64,000 nt of DNA from Dehalococcoidia bacterium (GTDB lineage Bacteria > Chloroflexota > Dehalococcoidia > Lucifugimonadales > JADFKI01), in the NCBI GenBank assembly GCA_965242555.1, contig CBDESO010000012.1, positions 330,803-394,802 of the forward strand, written 5' to 3'. Positions 37,625 through 46,061 of the stretch are shown here, piece by piece; within the stretch, counting starts at the first letter, position 1, and each line of letters begins with the position of its first letter. The notes under the pieces were generated by a model that was not told the DNA's origin, searched no databases, and saw only the letters and a program-made list of their open reading frames with translations. The position numbers and the translations under genes were made by a program.

Positions 37625-38719
37625 ATGGAACCCATCAACCTATTTGACATGGAGGCCCTCGCAGCCCAGCGCCTGCCACACAACATGTGGACATTCGTTG
37701 ACGCCGCCTCCAACGACGAAATCACCAAGCGCAGAAACCGCGCCTCATTCGAGCGCATCCTAGTCAACGCCCGATTCCTAACCGACGTCTCCGACCGAGA
37801 CCTCTCCACCACCGTCCTCGGCGAAAACATCAGCTTCCCCGTAATGATCGCCCCCACCGGCGGCCAGCGCCAAGCGCACCCCGACGGCGAGCGCGCCACC
37901 GCCACCGGCGCCGGCAAAGTCGGCACCCTATACACGCTACCCACCAGCAGCGGCTACTCCATCGAAGAAGTCGCCCAAGTCGCCACCGGCCCCCTATGGT
38001 TCCAACTCTACCACTTCGACGACGAAGTAACCGAAATCCTAGTCAAACGCGCCAAAACCGCCGGCTACAAAGCCATCTGCCTCACCATAGACACCCCCGT
38101 AGGCAGCCCCAAAGAACGCGACCTACGCAACAACTACCAAGCGCTCCCCGGCCTCCACTGGGGCAGCATGCGCGACCGCCCCGACCTAGTCCAGCGCCGC
38201 GGCGTCGGCGTCCCCGACCTAACCGACTGGGACCCGCCCGGCTACGTAGGCCTAACCTGGGACAGACTAGACTGGCTGCGAAACCTCACCGGCCTACCCC
38301 TCATCGTCAAAGGCGTCCGCACCATCGAAGACGCCCTCCAATGCGCCGAATACGGCGTCGACGGCATCGTCGTATCCAACCACGGCGGCCGCCAACTCGA
38401 CGGCACCCCATCCAGCATAGAAACCCTAGGCCCCATAGCAAACGCCGTAGGCGACCGCCTAGAAATCTACCTAGACTCCGGCGTCCGCCGCGGCCTAGAC
38501 GTCCTCAAAGCCCTATGCCTAGGCGCCCGCGCCGTCCTCGTAGGCCGCCCACTCTACTGGGGCCTAGCCTACAACGGCGCCGCCGGCGTCGAACACATGC
38601 TCACCATCCTAAAAGTCGAATTCGACCGCGCCCTAGCCTACGTAGGCTGCCGAACCCCCGCCGACCTCCACCGCGGCATCATAGACCTCCCCGACACCAA
38701 CTGGTGGCCCCGCAACTAA
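37625..38719 (+). CDS. FMN-dependent alpha-hydroxy-acid oxidase/dehydrogenase (glycolate oxidase/L-lactate dehydrogenase family)
   Basis: ..PVMIAPTG.., LTIDTPVGSPKERD, VSNHGGRQLDG, DSGVRRGLDVLKAL and GRP. ATG at 37625 is 9 nt after GGAGGG, whereas ATG at 37616 abuts the RBS. Confidence 0.9.
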   Translation: MEPINLFDMEALAAQRLPHNMWTFVDAASNDEITKRRNRASFERILVNARFLTDVSDRDLSTTVLGENISFPVMIAPTGGQRQAHPDGERATATGAGKVGTLYTLPTSSGYSIEEVAQVATGPLWFQLYHFDDEVTEILVKRAKTAGYKAICLTIDTPVGSPKERDLRNNYQALPGLHWGSMRDRPDLVQRRGVGVPDLTDWDPPGYVGLTWDRLDWLRNLTGLPLIVKGVRTIEDALQCAEYGVDGIVVSNHGGRQLDGTPSSIETLGPIANAVGDRLEIYLDSGVRRGLDVLKALCLGARAVLVGRPLYWGLAYNGAAGVEHMLTILKVEFDRALAYVGCRTPADLHRGIIDLPDTNWWPRN

Positions 38720-38781
38720 CCCCCACGCAAAGCCCCCGCCCGCGCAACCACGCAGGCGGGGGCAACCGCGCATCATCAGCG

Positions 38782-40443
38782 TCAGCGCGCCACCTCCATC
38801 TCAAGCGTGAAATCCCCACCGCTTTCAGCGCTATAAGTTGACGCCTCTATCGTATATGCCCCCGCCTGCAACACAGCGCTTATCGTAACCGAATCTGCGT
38901 CAGCAACGCCCTTTTCCCGCCTAACCGCGCCCCCCGTTCCCTCCCCCTCCAGCAAGAATACATAAGGCGTCGCATCGGCGGAGGCCAGCGTGATAGTCAC
39001 CTCGGACGCCGCGTACAGCGTGAATGTATAAAACCGCGCATAGTAAATCCGATTATCAGGCGAATTCGCAGTAAGGCAACCAGCCGCCCACCTGCCCCTA
39101 ACGCTGCCGCTACCCCCAAGCCGCTCGATGCAAGCGGTGGATGCCCCCGCCACGCTTGTAGGCGTAGCCGATGGCGTTGCGGTAGGCGTAGGCGTGGGGG
39201 TTGCCGAGCTTGCCCCGGAACCACCCTCAATTTGCGCCACCTTTGTGGCTAGAACCGCAACCTGGTTTTTGAGATCCGCCAGCTCCGCAACCTGCCCTTC
39301 AAGCGCAATCAGCCTGTCCATAACCTCGTCGGATGCCACCAAAGTCGCAGTTGGCGTTAGCGTGGCAACGGGAGTTACGGACGTGCCCGGCACGGATGTA
39401 GCAGTTGGCGTTGCAGTTGCGCCCTGCGTGGATGTAGCGGTGGGCGTTGGCGTTGCAGAAGTTGTCGTGCCGCAAATTGGCAACCCAATCTCTTGTATCT
39501 CCTGAGTGCTCAGAGGAACGCGCAGAGATCGGGGAATACAACCCGTCAGTCGATTGTCGCGAAGACGCAACTTTATAAGACGGGGTAGATTGCCCAACTC
39601 AGCGGGTATCGCGCCAGTCAGTTGATTGCTGTGAAGATGCACTTCCCTGACATTGGCAAGATTGCCCAACTCCACGGGTATCTCACCAGTCAGTTGATTA
39701 CCAGGGAGCCACACTTCCCTGATTTTGGCAAGATTGCCCAACTCAGCGGGTATTGCGCCAGTCAGTCGATTGTTGTCGAGACCCAAATCATAGAGATTGG
39801 CAAGATTGCCTAACTCAGCAGGTATCGCGCCAGTCAGTCGATTGCCGCCAAGATACAACTGCGCGAGATAGGTAAGGTTGCCCAACTCAGCGGGTATTGC
39901 GCCCGTCAATTGATTGTGGAAGAGCCTCAAAGACCATAGATTGGCAAGATTGCCCAACTCAGCGGGTATTGCGCCCGTCAGTTGATTATCGCTGAGATCC
40001 AAATCCGTGATATTGGCAAGGTTGCCCAACTCTGAGGGTATCCTGCCATTCAAGAGATGGTTGCTCAACTCCAACTTTGATACGCGATTCTTTGCTATCG
40101 TTACGCCGCGCCAACCGCTAATACGAACATCCGCTGACCAGTTTAGATAGCCCTCTGTACCTTCAAGCGTGTTCTTTGCAGCGAGTAGCGCGGCGCAGTC
40201 TGATACAAGGCCGACGTTGTTCGCAGGATCATGCACGGCTGTGCCGTTGGAGCATTGGGCGGTGTATTGGGCGGGTATGGTTATGGTGCGCGCGGCGGTG
40301 TTAGAACCACCCGCGTTAAATGCGGTTGCCCCGCCCCCACCACTCATCAGCAGCGATACCGCCACCACCGCCATCACCACAACCAGCGCCAGCCCGATCG
40401 CAATCCTAATTGCCCGCTTAGACACAGATGGCTTAATGTTCAT
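38782..40443 (-). CDS. Membrane-anchored leucine-rich-repeat protein (plant-type 24-residue LRRs) with a coiled coil and a C-terminal PPC-like domain
   Basis: N-terminal anchor IRIAIGLALVVVMAVVAVSLLM and about 9 repeats of LxxNQLTGAIPAELGNLANLxxL. T/P-rich linkers flank a heptad segment. The tail YYARFYTFTL..AGAYTIEASTY..GDFTLEMEV resembles a pre-peptidase C-terminal domain. Confidence 0.8.
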   Translation of the reverse strand: MNIKPSVSKRAIRIAIGLALVVVMAVVAVSLLMSGGGGATAFNAGGSNTAARTITIPAQYTAQCSNGTAVHDPANNVGLVSDCAALLAAKNTLEGTEGYLNWSADVRISGWRGVTIAKNRVSKLELSNHLLNGRIPSELGNLANITDLDLSDNQLTGAIPAELGNLANLWSLRLFHNQLTGAIPAELGNLTYLAQLYLGGNRLTGAIPAELGNLANLYDLGLDNNRLTGAIPAELGNLAKIREVWLPGNQLTGEIPVELGNLANVREVHLHSNQLTGAIPAELGNLPRLIKLRLRDNRLTGCIPRSLRVPLSTQEIQEIGLPICGTTTSATPTPTATSTQGATATPTATSVPGTSVTPVATLTPTATLVASDEVMDRLIALEGQVAELADLKNQVAVLATKVAQIEGGSGASSATPTPTPTATPSATPTSVAGASTACIERLGGSGSVRGRWAAGCLTANSPDNRIYYARFYTFTLYAASEVTITLASADATPYVFLLEGEGTGGAVRREKGVADADSVTISAVLQAGAYTIEASTYSAESGGDFTLEMEVAR

Positions 40444-40662
40444 TCGTTGACTCCCCCGCGCCTGTTTGCTTTATTGGCTTGCCTAACACCCTACACTACC
40501 ACAATCGCATAGTTTGCCGCAGTTCAAAACAGCCCCGCATAACGGAAACACCCTTTTCCCCGCCCGCTTATTTGCGCGAGCGGGGGCATCTAGCGGCAGA
40601 TTTCGCTGCATGGTCATCTAGCGGCAGGTGTCGCGGCTGAGACTACGGCTTTCACCCCCCCC

Positions 40663-41904
40663 TCACAATATCGCCCCCGCCTCCTGAAACCTCCCCACAT
40701 CTTCCCACCCATATCCCAACTCCTCTATCAACACCGCCTCCGTATCCTCACCCAACTCCGGCGCCCCACGAACCACCCCCGCCGGCGTCTCGCTGAACCT
40801 CACCGGAAAATTGCACACCCGAATCGCCCCCAAATCCGGATGCTCAAACCCCGTGATATACTCATTCGCTATCACCTGCGGATCATCCTTCAAATCCTCC
40901 ACCGCCTGCACCTTCGCGTAAATAAACCCATACTCCCGGAACACCCCATCCCACTCCTCATACGTCCGCTCCGCGAACCTCTCCTCTATCAACCCCAGCA
41001 GCTCCGGCACCACCTCAGCCCCCTCCTCTACCCCCTGAAACCGCTCATCATCCAAAACCCACCCAATCCCCAGCGCCTCCGCGAACCGCCGCCAGTACCG
41101 CTTCGGCTGCGGATTGGATATTCGCAGCCAACTCCCGTCCTTGCAGCGATATATGTTATACATATAATTGCGGACGCTATCCCGGTTAAGCGCCGGCATA
41201 TGGCTGCCGATAAGCAAATCCATACCCACCGCCAACCCCTGCAGCCACATCGTGCTGCTCATATGCGACACCTCCACCTTCTGCCCGACCCCCTGACTCT
41301 GCCGCGCCAACAGCGCCGACAAAATCCCCAAACACAGCACAATCCCCCCAATCTGATCCGACGGCGCTCCCCGCACCGAAACCGGATGCTTCGCCCAATC
41401 CGGCGTCGCCGACATCATCAGCCCCGCCCTAGCCTGCCCGCACGCGTCCAAAGACGGCATCTCAGCGTCCGGCCCCAGCGTCCCGAACCCCGACGCCGAC
41501 CCATACACCAGCATCGGATTTATCCCCCGCAGCGTCTCATAATCCATCCCAAGGCGCTCCGCCACCCCATTGCGGAAATTCTCAATGAACACATCCGCCC
41601 CCGCCACTAGCCTATGCACGATCTCGCGCCCCTCCGCCGTCTTCAGATTCACCGCAATCCCCCGCTTGCTCCGATTGCAAGTCTCAAAATAAGCGTTCCT
41701 CCCATTCGGCATCCCCGCCTGCGCCGACTCCATTGACGACACCGCCCGTCCCACATCCCCATCCAGCGCCTCAATCTTAATCACATCCGCCCCCATATCC
41801 CCCAGCATAGACGCCGCCACCGGCCCAAACTGCCACATCGTCCAATCCAAAACCCGCACCCCCGCCAAAGCCCCGCGCCCCTGCCTGCCATTCACGCCGT
41901 TCAT
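40663..41904 (-). CDS. CaiB/BaiF family III CoA-transferase
   Basis: ATG at 41904 follows GGAGGGA. LAGVRVLDWTMWQFGPVAASMLGDMGADVIKIE is the family N-terminal signature. Confidence 0.85.
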   Translation of the reverse strand: MNGVNGRQGRGALAGVRVLDWTMWQFGPVAASMLGDMGADVIKIEALDGDVGRAVSSMESAQAGMPNGRNAYFETCNRSKRGIAVNLKTAEGREIVHRLVAGADVFIENFRNGVAERLGMDYETLRGINPMLVYGSASGFGTLGPDAEMPSLDACGQARAGLMMSATPDWAKHPVSVRGAPSDQIGGIVLCLGILSALLARQSQGVGQKVEVSHMSSTMWLQGLAVGMDLLIGSHMPALNRDSVRNYMYNIYRCKDGSWLRISNPQPKRYWRRFAEALGIGWVLDDERFQGVEEGAEVVPELLGLIEERFAERTYEEWDGVFREYGFIYAKVQAVEDLKDDPQVIANEYITGFEHPDLGAIRVCNFPVRFSETPAGVVRGAPELGEDTEAVLIEELGYGWEDVGRFQEAGAIL

Positions 41905-42075
41905 AACTCCCTCCCTTGCTTTCGCTAATGCCTTATTCGCCTGCCGCAAGCATACCGCATCCAACCCCATTGTCAACGCCCCCCAAACGGAAAATCCCCC
42001 AATTTCAAATTCCCTCTTGACACCCGCCCATCTACCCATTATTCTTAATACGAACAAATATACCGACATACCCAC

Positions 42076-42111
42076 CCAAAAGTTTTTTGCTACTTTTTTC
42101 TAAAAAAGTAG
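42076..42111 (+). repeat. AT-rich dyad element, copy 3 (CCAAAAGTTTTTTGCTACTTTTTTCTAAAAAAGTAG)
   Basis: Same family. It ends 35 nt upstream of the ATG at 42146, and read as TTGCTA-16-TAGGGT it could itself be a promoter. Confidence 0.85.
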
Positions 42112-42145
42112 GGTCCCCCGGCGGGGAGGCTTGGAGGCAACAAAC

Positions 42146-43501
42146 ATGACAACCGCAACCCGCGAACCCATAACACGCGAACAGGCGCTATCCGAGCAAG
42201 AACTCGTGCGCCTCAAAATCGCCCGCCGCGTCAACCAACGCACCAACGACTGCGACGAACTCATAGACTTCATGCTAGACACCGTCCGCGGCGAATACCC
42301 CGACGCCAAGCACCACCACCGCCAAAACGCCGCCCGCGACCTAGCCATTATGGGCGGCAGCCTCCCACAAGACACTCCGGGATCAGCCGCCCGCGTCGTC
42401 CGCGAAGAAGACATGCCCAAACCCAAAACCCCCAAAGTAACACTCAAGCAAATCATCAACAAGCCCATCGGCGCATACATCCGCGAAAAAACCGACGACT
42501 GCGTCGACCTGATAGACGAATACTACAACATCCTATTCCCGCGCCCCGTGTTCGAAAGCGCCAACCCCGACGAAAAAAAATACCAAAAAGCCACCCGAAT
42601 CCGGTCCCATCACAAAGTAGCCGCGCTCAGAGAAATGATGAAACGCAGCATCGGCAGCCGCAACCCCTACGCCTACCCGCAAACCTCCGCTATGGAAGAA
42701 AAAATGCTCAACAGCAAGCTGGGAACCGGAATGCGCCTAGCGATGGACAAAGGCATGGGATACGCGCGCTACATGTTCGAAATCCTGGAAAACGACAAAA
42801 CCGACCGCTACGGCAACATAATAACCGACCCCTTCACCCAGAGCCACCGCCTCATCGCCCTCAACGAACTCTGCCGCATAGGCGCCGACATCCCCTGGGA
42901 ACACATAACCCCAGAATCCATAGACGCCTTCTTCCGCGACCTCCACGCCAAAGAGCGCCGCCAGGCGGAACGCCTCCTAGCCCAGCGCCAACAATCCGCC
43001 AACGCCGACCTCACCCCAGAGCAAAAAGCCGAAGTCCTAACCGTCTTCGAAGAAATGCAACGCCAAGCCGACGCCAACGACCGCAAAGCCGCCAAAAAAG
43101 CCAAGAAAGCCGAAAAGAAAGCCGCCAAAAAAGCCAACGCCAACCCCGTCAACAACGCCGATAAAGACGCCACCAAACCCGACAACACAAACACCGACCG
43201 GAATGTCAGCCCCGACACTGACACGCCCACCCCCGTCCCCGACACCCCCACAACCCGCGGCGAAACCGCCGTCGCCAACGCCCTAGCCCGCCACCCAGAA
43301 GTCGACCTAGACACCGCCCTGGAAAACCACCACGCCACCGCCGGCATCCCCAAACAAAACCTAACCCACGAACAAATCTACGACGCCATCACAGCCGAGG
43401 CGAACTTCCAAAAACGCCAAGCCATAATCCAAAACCGCCTGCGCGCGAAAAACCCAGACGCCCCTGACGACGGCCCCGACCCCAAATCCCGCAGCCCTTA
43501 G
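42146..43501 (+). CDS. Hypothetical protein: three helical repeats, a coiled coil, a K/A-rich basic tract and a P/T/D-rich tail
   Basis: ATG at 42146 is 7 nt after GGAGG. Repeat motif ..DC.(E/D)LID(F/E).. + ..H(H/K).xAAxxL.. occurs three times. KAAKKAKKAEKKAAKKA is a histone-H1-like tract. No family recognised. Confidence 0.6.
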   Translation: MTTATREPITREQALSEQELVRLKIARRVNQRTNDCDELIDFMLDTVRGEYPDAKHHHRQNAARDLAIMGGSLPQDTPGSAARVVREEDMPKPKTPKVTLKQIINKPIGAYIREKTDDCVDLIDEYYNILFPRPVFESANPDEKKYQKATRIRSHHKVAALREMMKRSIGSRNPYAYPQTSAMEEKMLNSKLGTGMRLAMDKGMGYARYMFEILENDKTDRYGNIITDPFTQSHRLIALNELCRIGADIPWEHITPESIDAFFRDLHAKERRQAERLLAQRQQSANADLTPEQKAEVLTVFEEMQRQADANDRKAAKKAKKAEKKAAKKANANPVNNADKDATKPDNTNTDRNVSPDTDTPTPVPDTPTTRGETAVANALARHPEVDLDTALENHHATAGIPKQNLTHEQIYDAITAEANFQKRQAIIQNRLRAKNPDAPDDGPDPKSRSP

Positions 43502-43528
43502 CTCCGCAAATCCGCGGCGCAAGCCGCC

Positions 43529-43565
43529 CCCAAAAGTTTTTTGCTACCTTTTTCCAAAAAAGTAG
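43529..43565 (+). repeat. AT-rich dyad element, copy 4 (CCAAAAGTTTTTTGCTACCTTTTTCCAAAAAAGTAG)
   Basis: Same family, with one stem mismatch. It begins 28 nt after the stop of the 42146 gene. Confidence 0.85.
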
Positions 43566-43684
43566 AGCGCCCACACCCCCCGTGCGCCCTCTCGCGCCCA
43601 CCGATTGCTGACGCCCACCCCGCGAATATGCTATCGTGAATACAACACGCCGGCCACCAACCGGCAACCCCAGCGAGAGAGCCA

Positions 43685-44767
43685 ATGTTTCGCCAACCAA
43701 AAGACGAACCCCCGCTCGAATACGATCCATACGCCGACCCCTACAACGGCGAACCTAGCGTCGAGCGGAACAACCCGCCCGCCATACCCCTCCCCGGCAT
43801 CGGCGGCAAAACCTACATAACCTACGCCCTCCTCGCCGTCAACGCCGCCGTATGGCTGCTAATGCTGCTCAGCGGCGGCTCCTCCGACCCCGACGTCCTC
43901 CTCCGGTTCGGCGCGATGTTCGGCCCCCTAGTCGCCGCCGGCGACTACTGGCGCTTGTTCACCGCCATATTCCTGCATGTCCACCTGCTCCACCTGCTTA
44001 TGAACTGCCTCGGCTTGTGGATATTCGGCAAGCTCGTAGAAGGCGTGTACGGCGTCAACCGCTTTATCGCCCTCTACCTCATCGCCGGCCTATCCGGCAG
44101 CGCCCTCAGCTACATATTCAACCGAGACGCCATAGCCGCCGGCGCCAGCGGCGCGATATTCGGCGTCCTAGGCGCGCTCGCCGCCTACTTCCTAGCCCAC
44201 CGCGACCTGCTAGGCGACTGGGGCAGGCGCAACTTTATGAGCCTAGCCGTCGTCGCCGTCATCAACCTAGCCATCGGCGCGCTCTGGCCCGGCATAGACA
44301 ACTGGGCGCACCTCGGCGGCCTAATCGGCGGCTTCCTAGCCGGCATCGCCCTAGCCCCCCGCTACCGCTATGAAACCGACCCAACGCCCTTTGGCAATCA
44401 GCGCCGCATCACCGGCAAAGCCCCCCTAGGCGTCCGCTGGCTAACAATCCCCGCCTTCGCCGCCGCCATAGCCGCGATGGTCTGGTTCGGCGGCACCCAA
44501 CTCACCGGCGCCGAGCAAGCCAAACTCCTCGCGATCCAGGCCGAGCGCCTCCACCTAGACGGCGACGCAACCGCCGCCCTAGACCACATCGACCGCGCCC
44601 TAGACCTAGCGCCGCGCAGCCCCGACGCCCACTTCGCCCGCGCCAAAATCTACGCCGCCCTAGGCGCAACCGACCTGGCCATAGAGGACATCGCCCTAGC
44701 CCTCCAATACGGCCTCGCCGGCGAACAAGGCCGAGAGGCTATATCCCTACTGGTCACGCTCCGATGA
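43685..44767 (+). CDS. Rhomboid-family intramembrane serine protease with a C-terminal TPR-like extension
   Basis: Catalytic GASGAIFGVLGA (Ser) and WAHLGGLIGG (His), WRLFTAIFLH, six TM helices, and a soluble helical-repeat tail. Confidence 0.88.
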   Translation: MFRQPKDEPPLEYDPYADPYNGEPSVERNNPPAIPLPGIGGKTYITYALLAVNAAVWLLMLLSGGSSDPDVLLRFGAMFGPLVAAGDYWRLFTAIFLHVHLLHLLMNCLGLWIFGKLVEGVYGVNRFIALYLIAGLSGSALSYIFNRDAIAAGASGAIFGVLGALAAYFLAHRDLLGDWGRRNFMSLAVVAVINLAIGALWPGIDNWAHLGGLIGGFLAGIALAPRYRYETDPTPFGNQRRITGKAPLGVRWLTIPAFAAAIAAMVWFGGTQLTGAEQAKLLAIQAERLHLDGDATAALDHIDRALDLAPRSPDAHFARAKIYAALGATDLAIEDIALALQYGLAGEQGREAISLLVTLR

Positions 44768-44879
44768 CCGCCCATAGCGCCACTACCCCCCAAGTGATAT
44801 GGTATGCGAACACAATGCTGATACGCCGCCCAACCAGATATTCGGATATGAGGACAATCGGATACGAGGTTCAACGCCC

Positions 44880-46061
44880 ATGACCCTGCCGCAGTTCCCC
44901 GCAGAGCGCCGCGAAAAGCGCGAATTCCTGCTCGCCGCCGTAGAATCCGTGCGTGATGTAGTAGCCGCCCACGCCGACGAATCCGAGCGCATCGGAACGC
45001 TCGCGCAGCCCTCCGTTGACGCCATCCGCCAAGCCGGCCTATTCGCCCTAAAGCTCCCCCAAGCGCTAGGCGGCGCCGAGGCCGACCCCGTAACCCAATT
45101 CGAAGTCATAGAGGCGCTATCCTACATTGACGCCTCCGCCGGCTGGTGCCTTATGATTGGCGCAACCGCCGTAGGCCAGCCCGGCGCCTACGCCGGCGAC
45201 GCCGCCATAGCCGAGATGTTCCCCAACGGCTACATCCCGCTCGGCGCTACCTCAACCGCCCCTATGGGCAGCGCCAAGCGCGTGGACGGCGGCTACCTGC
45301 TCACCGGCAGATGGCCCTTCGCCAGCGGCGTCCGCCACGCCGAGTGGATGTCCGCCGGCGCCGCCATACCCGCTCCCAACCCTAACGATCCCCCGATTTC
45401 GCTCGCCCTAGCCTACCCCACCGCCAAAGCGCAAATCCACGACAACTGGCATGTCTTCGGCTTGCAAGGCACCGGCAGCAACGACATATCGGTAGAGAAC
45501 ATATTCGTCCCCGACGCCTTCACCTGGGACTCCCTCGCCTTCAAGCCCAAGCGCGGCGGCGGCCTCTACCGCATGGGCAGGCCCGGCTTCGTAGCAAACG
45601 AACACCCCGCATTCGCCCTCGGCGTAGCCCATCGCGCCCTAGACGAAGTCCTAGCGAGCGCCCCCGCCAAACGCCGAGGCCGCCCGCCCACCTCCGTCGC
45701 CGACCGCGGCGCATTCCGCCTAGCCATAGGCGAATGCGACCTCCGCCTGCGCGCCGCCCGCCTGCTATCCCACCAAATCTTCGAGCGCGCCTACGCCGTC
45801 GCCTGCGCCGGCCGCATCCCCCCCGCATCAATGCAAGCCGAAATGCGCGCCGCATCCGCCTTCGCCACCCAAGTCGGCGTGGACATAGTCACAACCGCCT
45901 TCCGCTACTCCGGCGGCGAGGCGCTCTACCACCCCCACATCCTCCAGCGCTGCCTAAAAAACATCAACGCCGCCGCCCAGCACCTAATGGCCGGCGACAT
46001 CGGCATAGAACACCACGGCGCCGCCCTCCTAACCGACGGCGACGTCAACCCAATGGGCTAG
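44880..46061 (+). CDS. Acyl-CoA dehydrogenase-fold protein (type-2/flavin-dependent oxygenase-like)
   Basis: ATG at 44880 follows GAGG. ..LPQALGGAEADPVTQFEVIEALSYIDASAGWCLMIGA.. and ..WPFASGVRHAEW.. are typical of the ACAD type-2 subfamily. Confidence 0.75.
   Translation: MTLPQFPAERREKREFLLAAVESVRDVVAAHADESERIGTLAQPSVDAIRQAGLFALKLPQALGGAEADPVTQFEVIEALSYIDASAGWCLMIGATAVGQPGAYAGDAAIAEMFPNGYIPLGATSTAPMGSAKRVDGGYLLTGRWPFASGVRHAEWMSAGAAIPAPNPNDPPISLALAYPTAKAQIHDNWHVFGLQGTGSNDISVENIFVPDAFTWDSLAFKPKRGGGLYRMGRPGFVANEHPAFALGVAHRALDEVLASAPAKRRGRPPTSVADRGAFRLAIGECDLRLRAARLLSHQIFERAYAVACAGRIPPASMQAEMRAASAFATQVGVDIVTTAFRYSGGEALYHPHILQRCLKNINAAAQHLMAGDIGIEHHGAALLTDGDVNPMG

Noticed and set aside
37996-38841. 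281-aa P/R-rich plus-strand ORF
   Set aside because: It is an alternative frame of the FMN hydroxy-acid oxidase gene. Its composition (runs of PRR) is a frame artefact.
39540-40080. 72-bp periodic DNA repeat that looks like a repeat array
   Set aside because: It is the coding sequence of the 24-residue LRR units of the 38782..40443 protein.
21006-43565. AT-rich dyad elements as integron attC sites or simple Rho-independent terminators
   Set aside because: Their spacing (4.9, 16 and 1.45 kb) and the flanking core genes do not resemble a cassette array, and no integrase is present. The stems are pure A:T with no 3' U-run. One copy lies in a divergent promoter region, where a terminator makes no sense.
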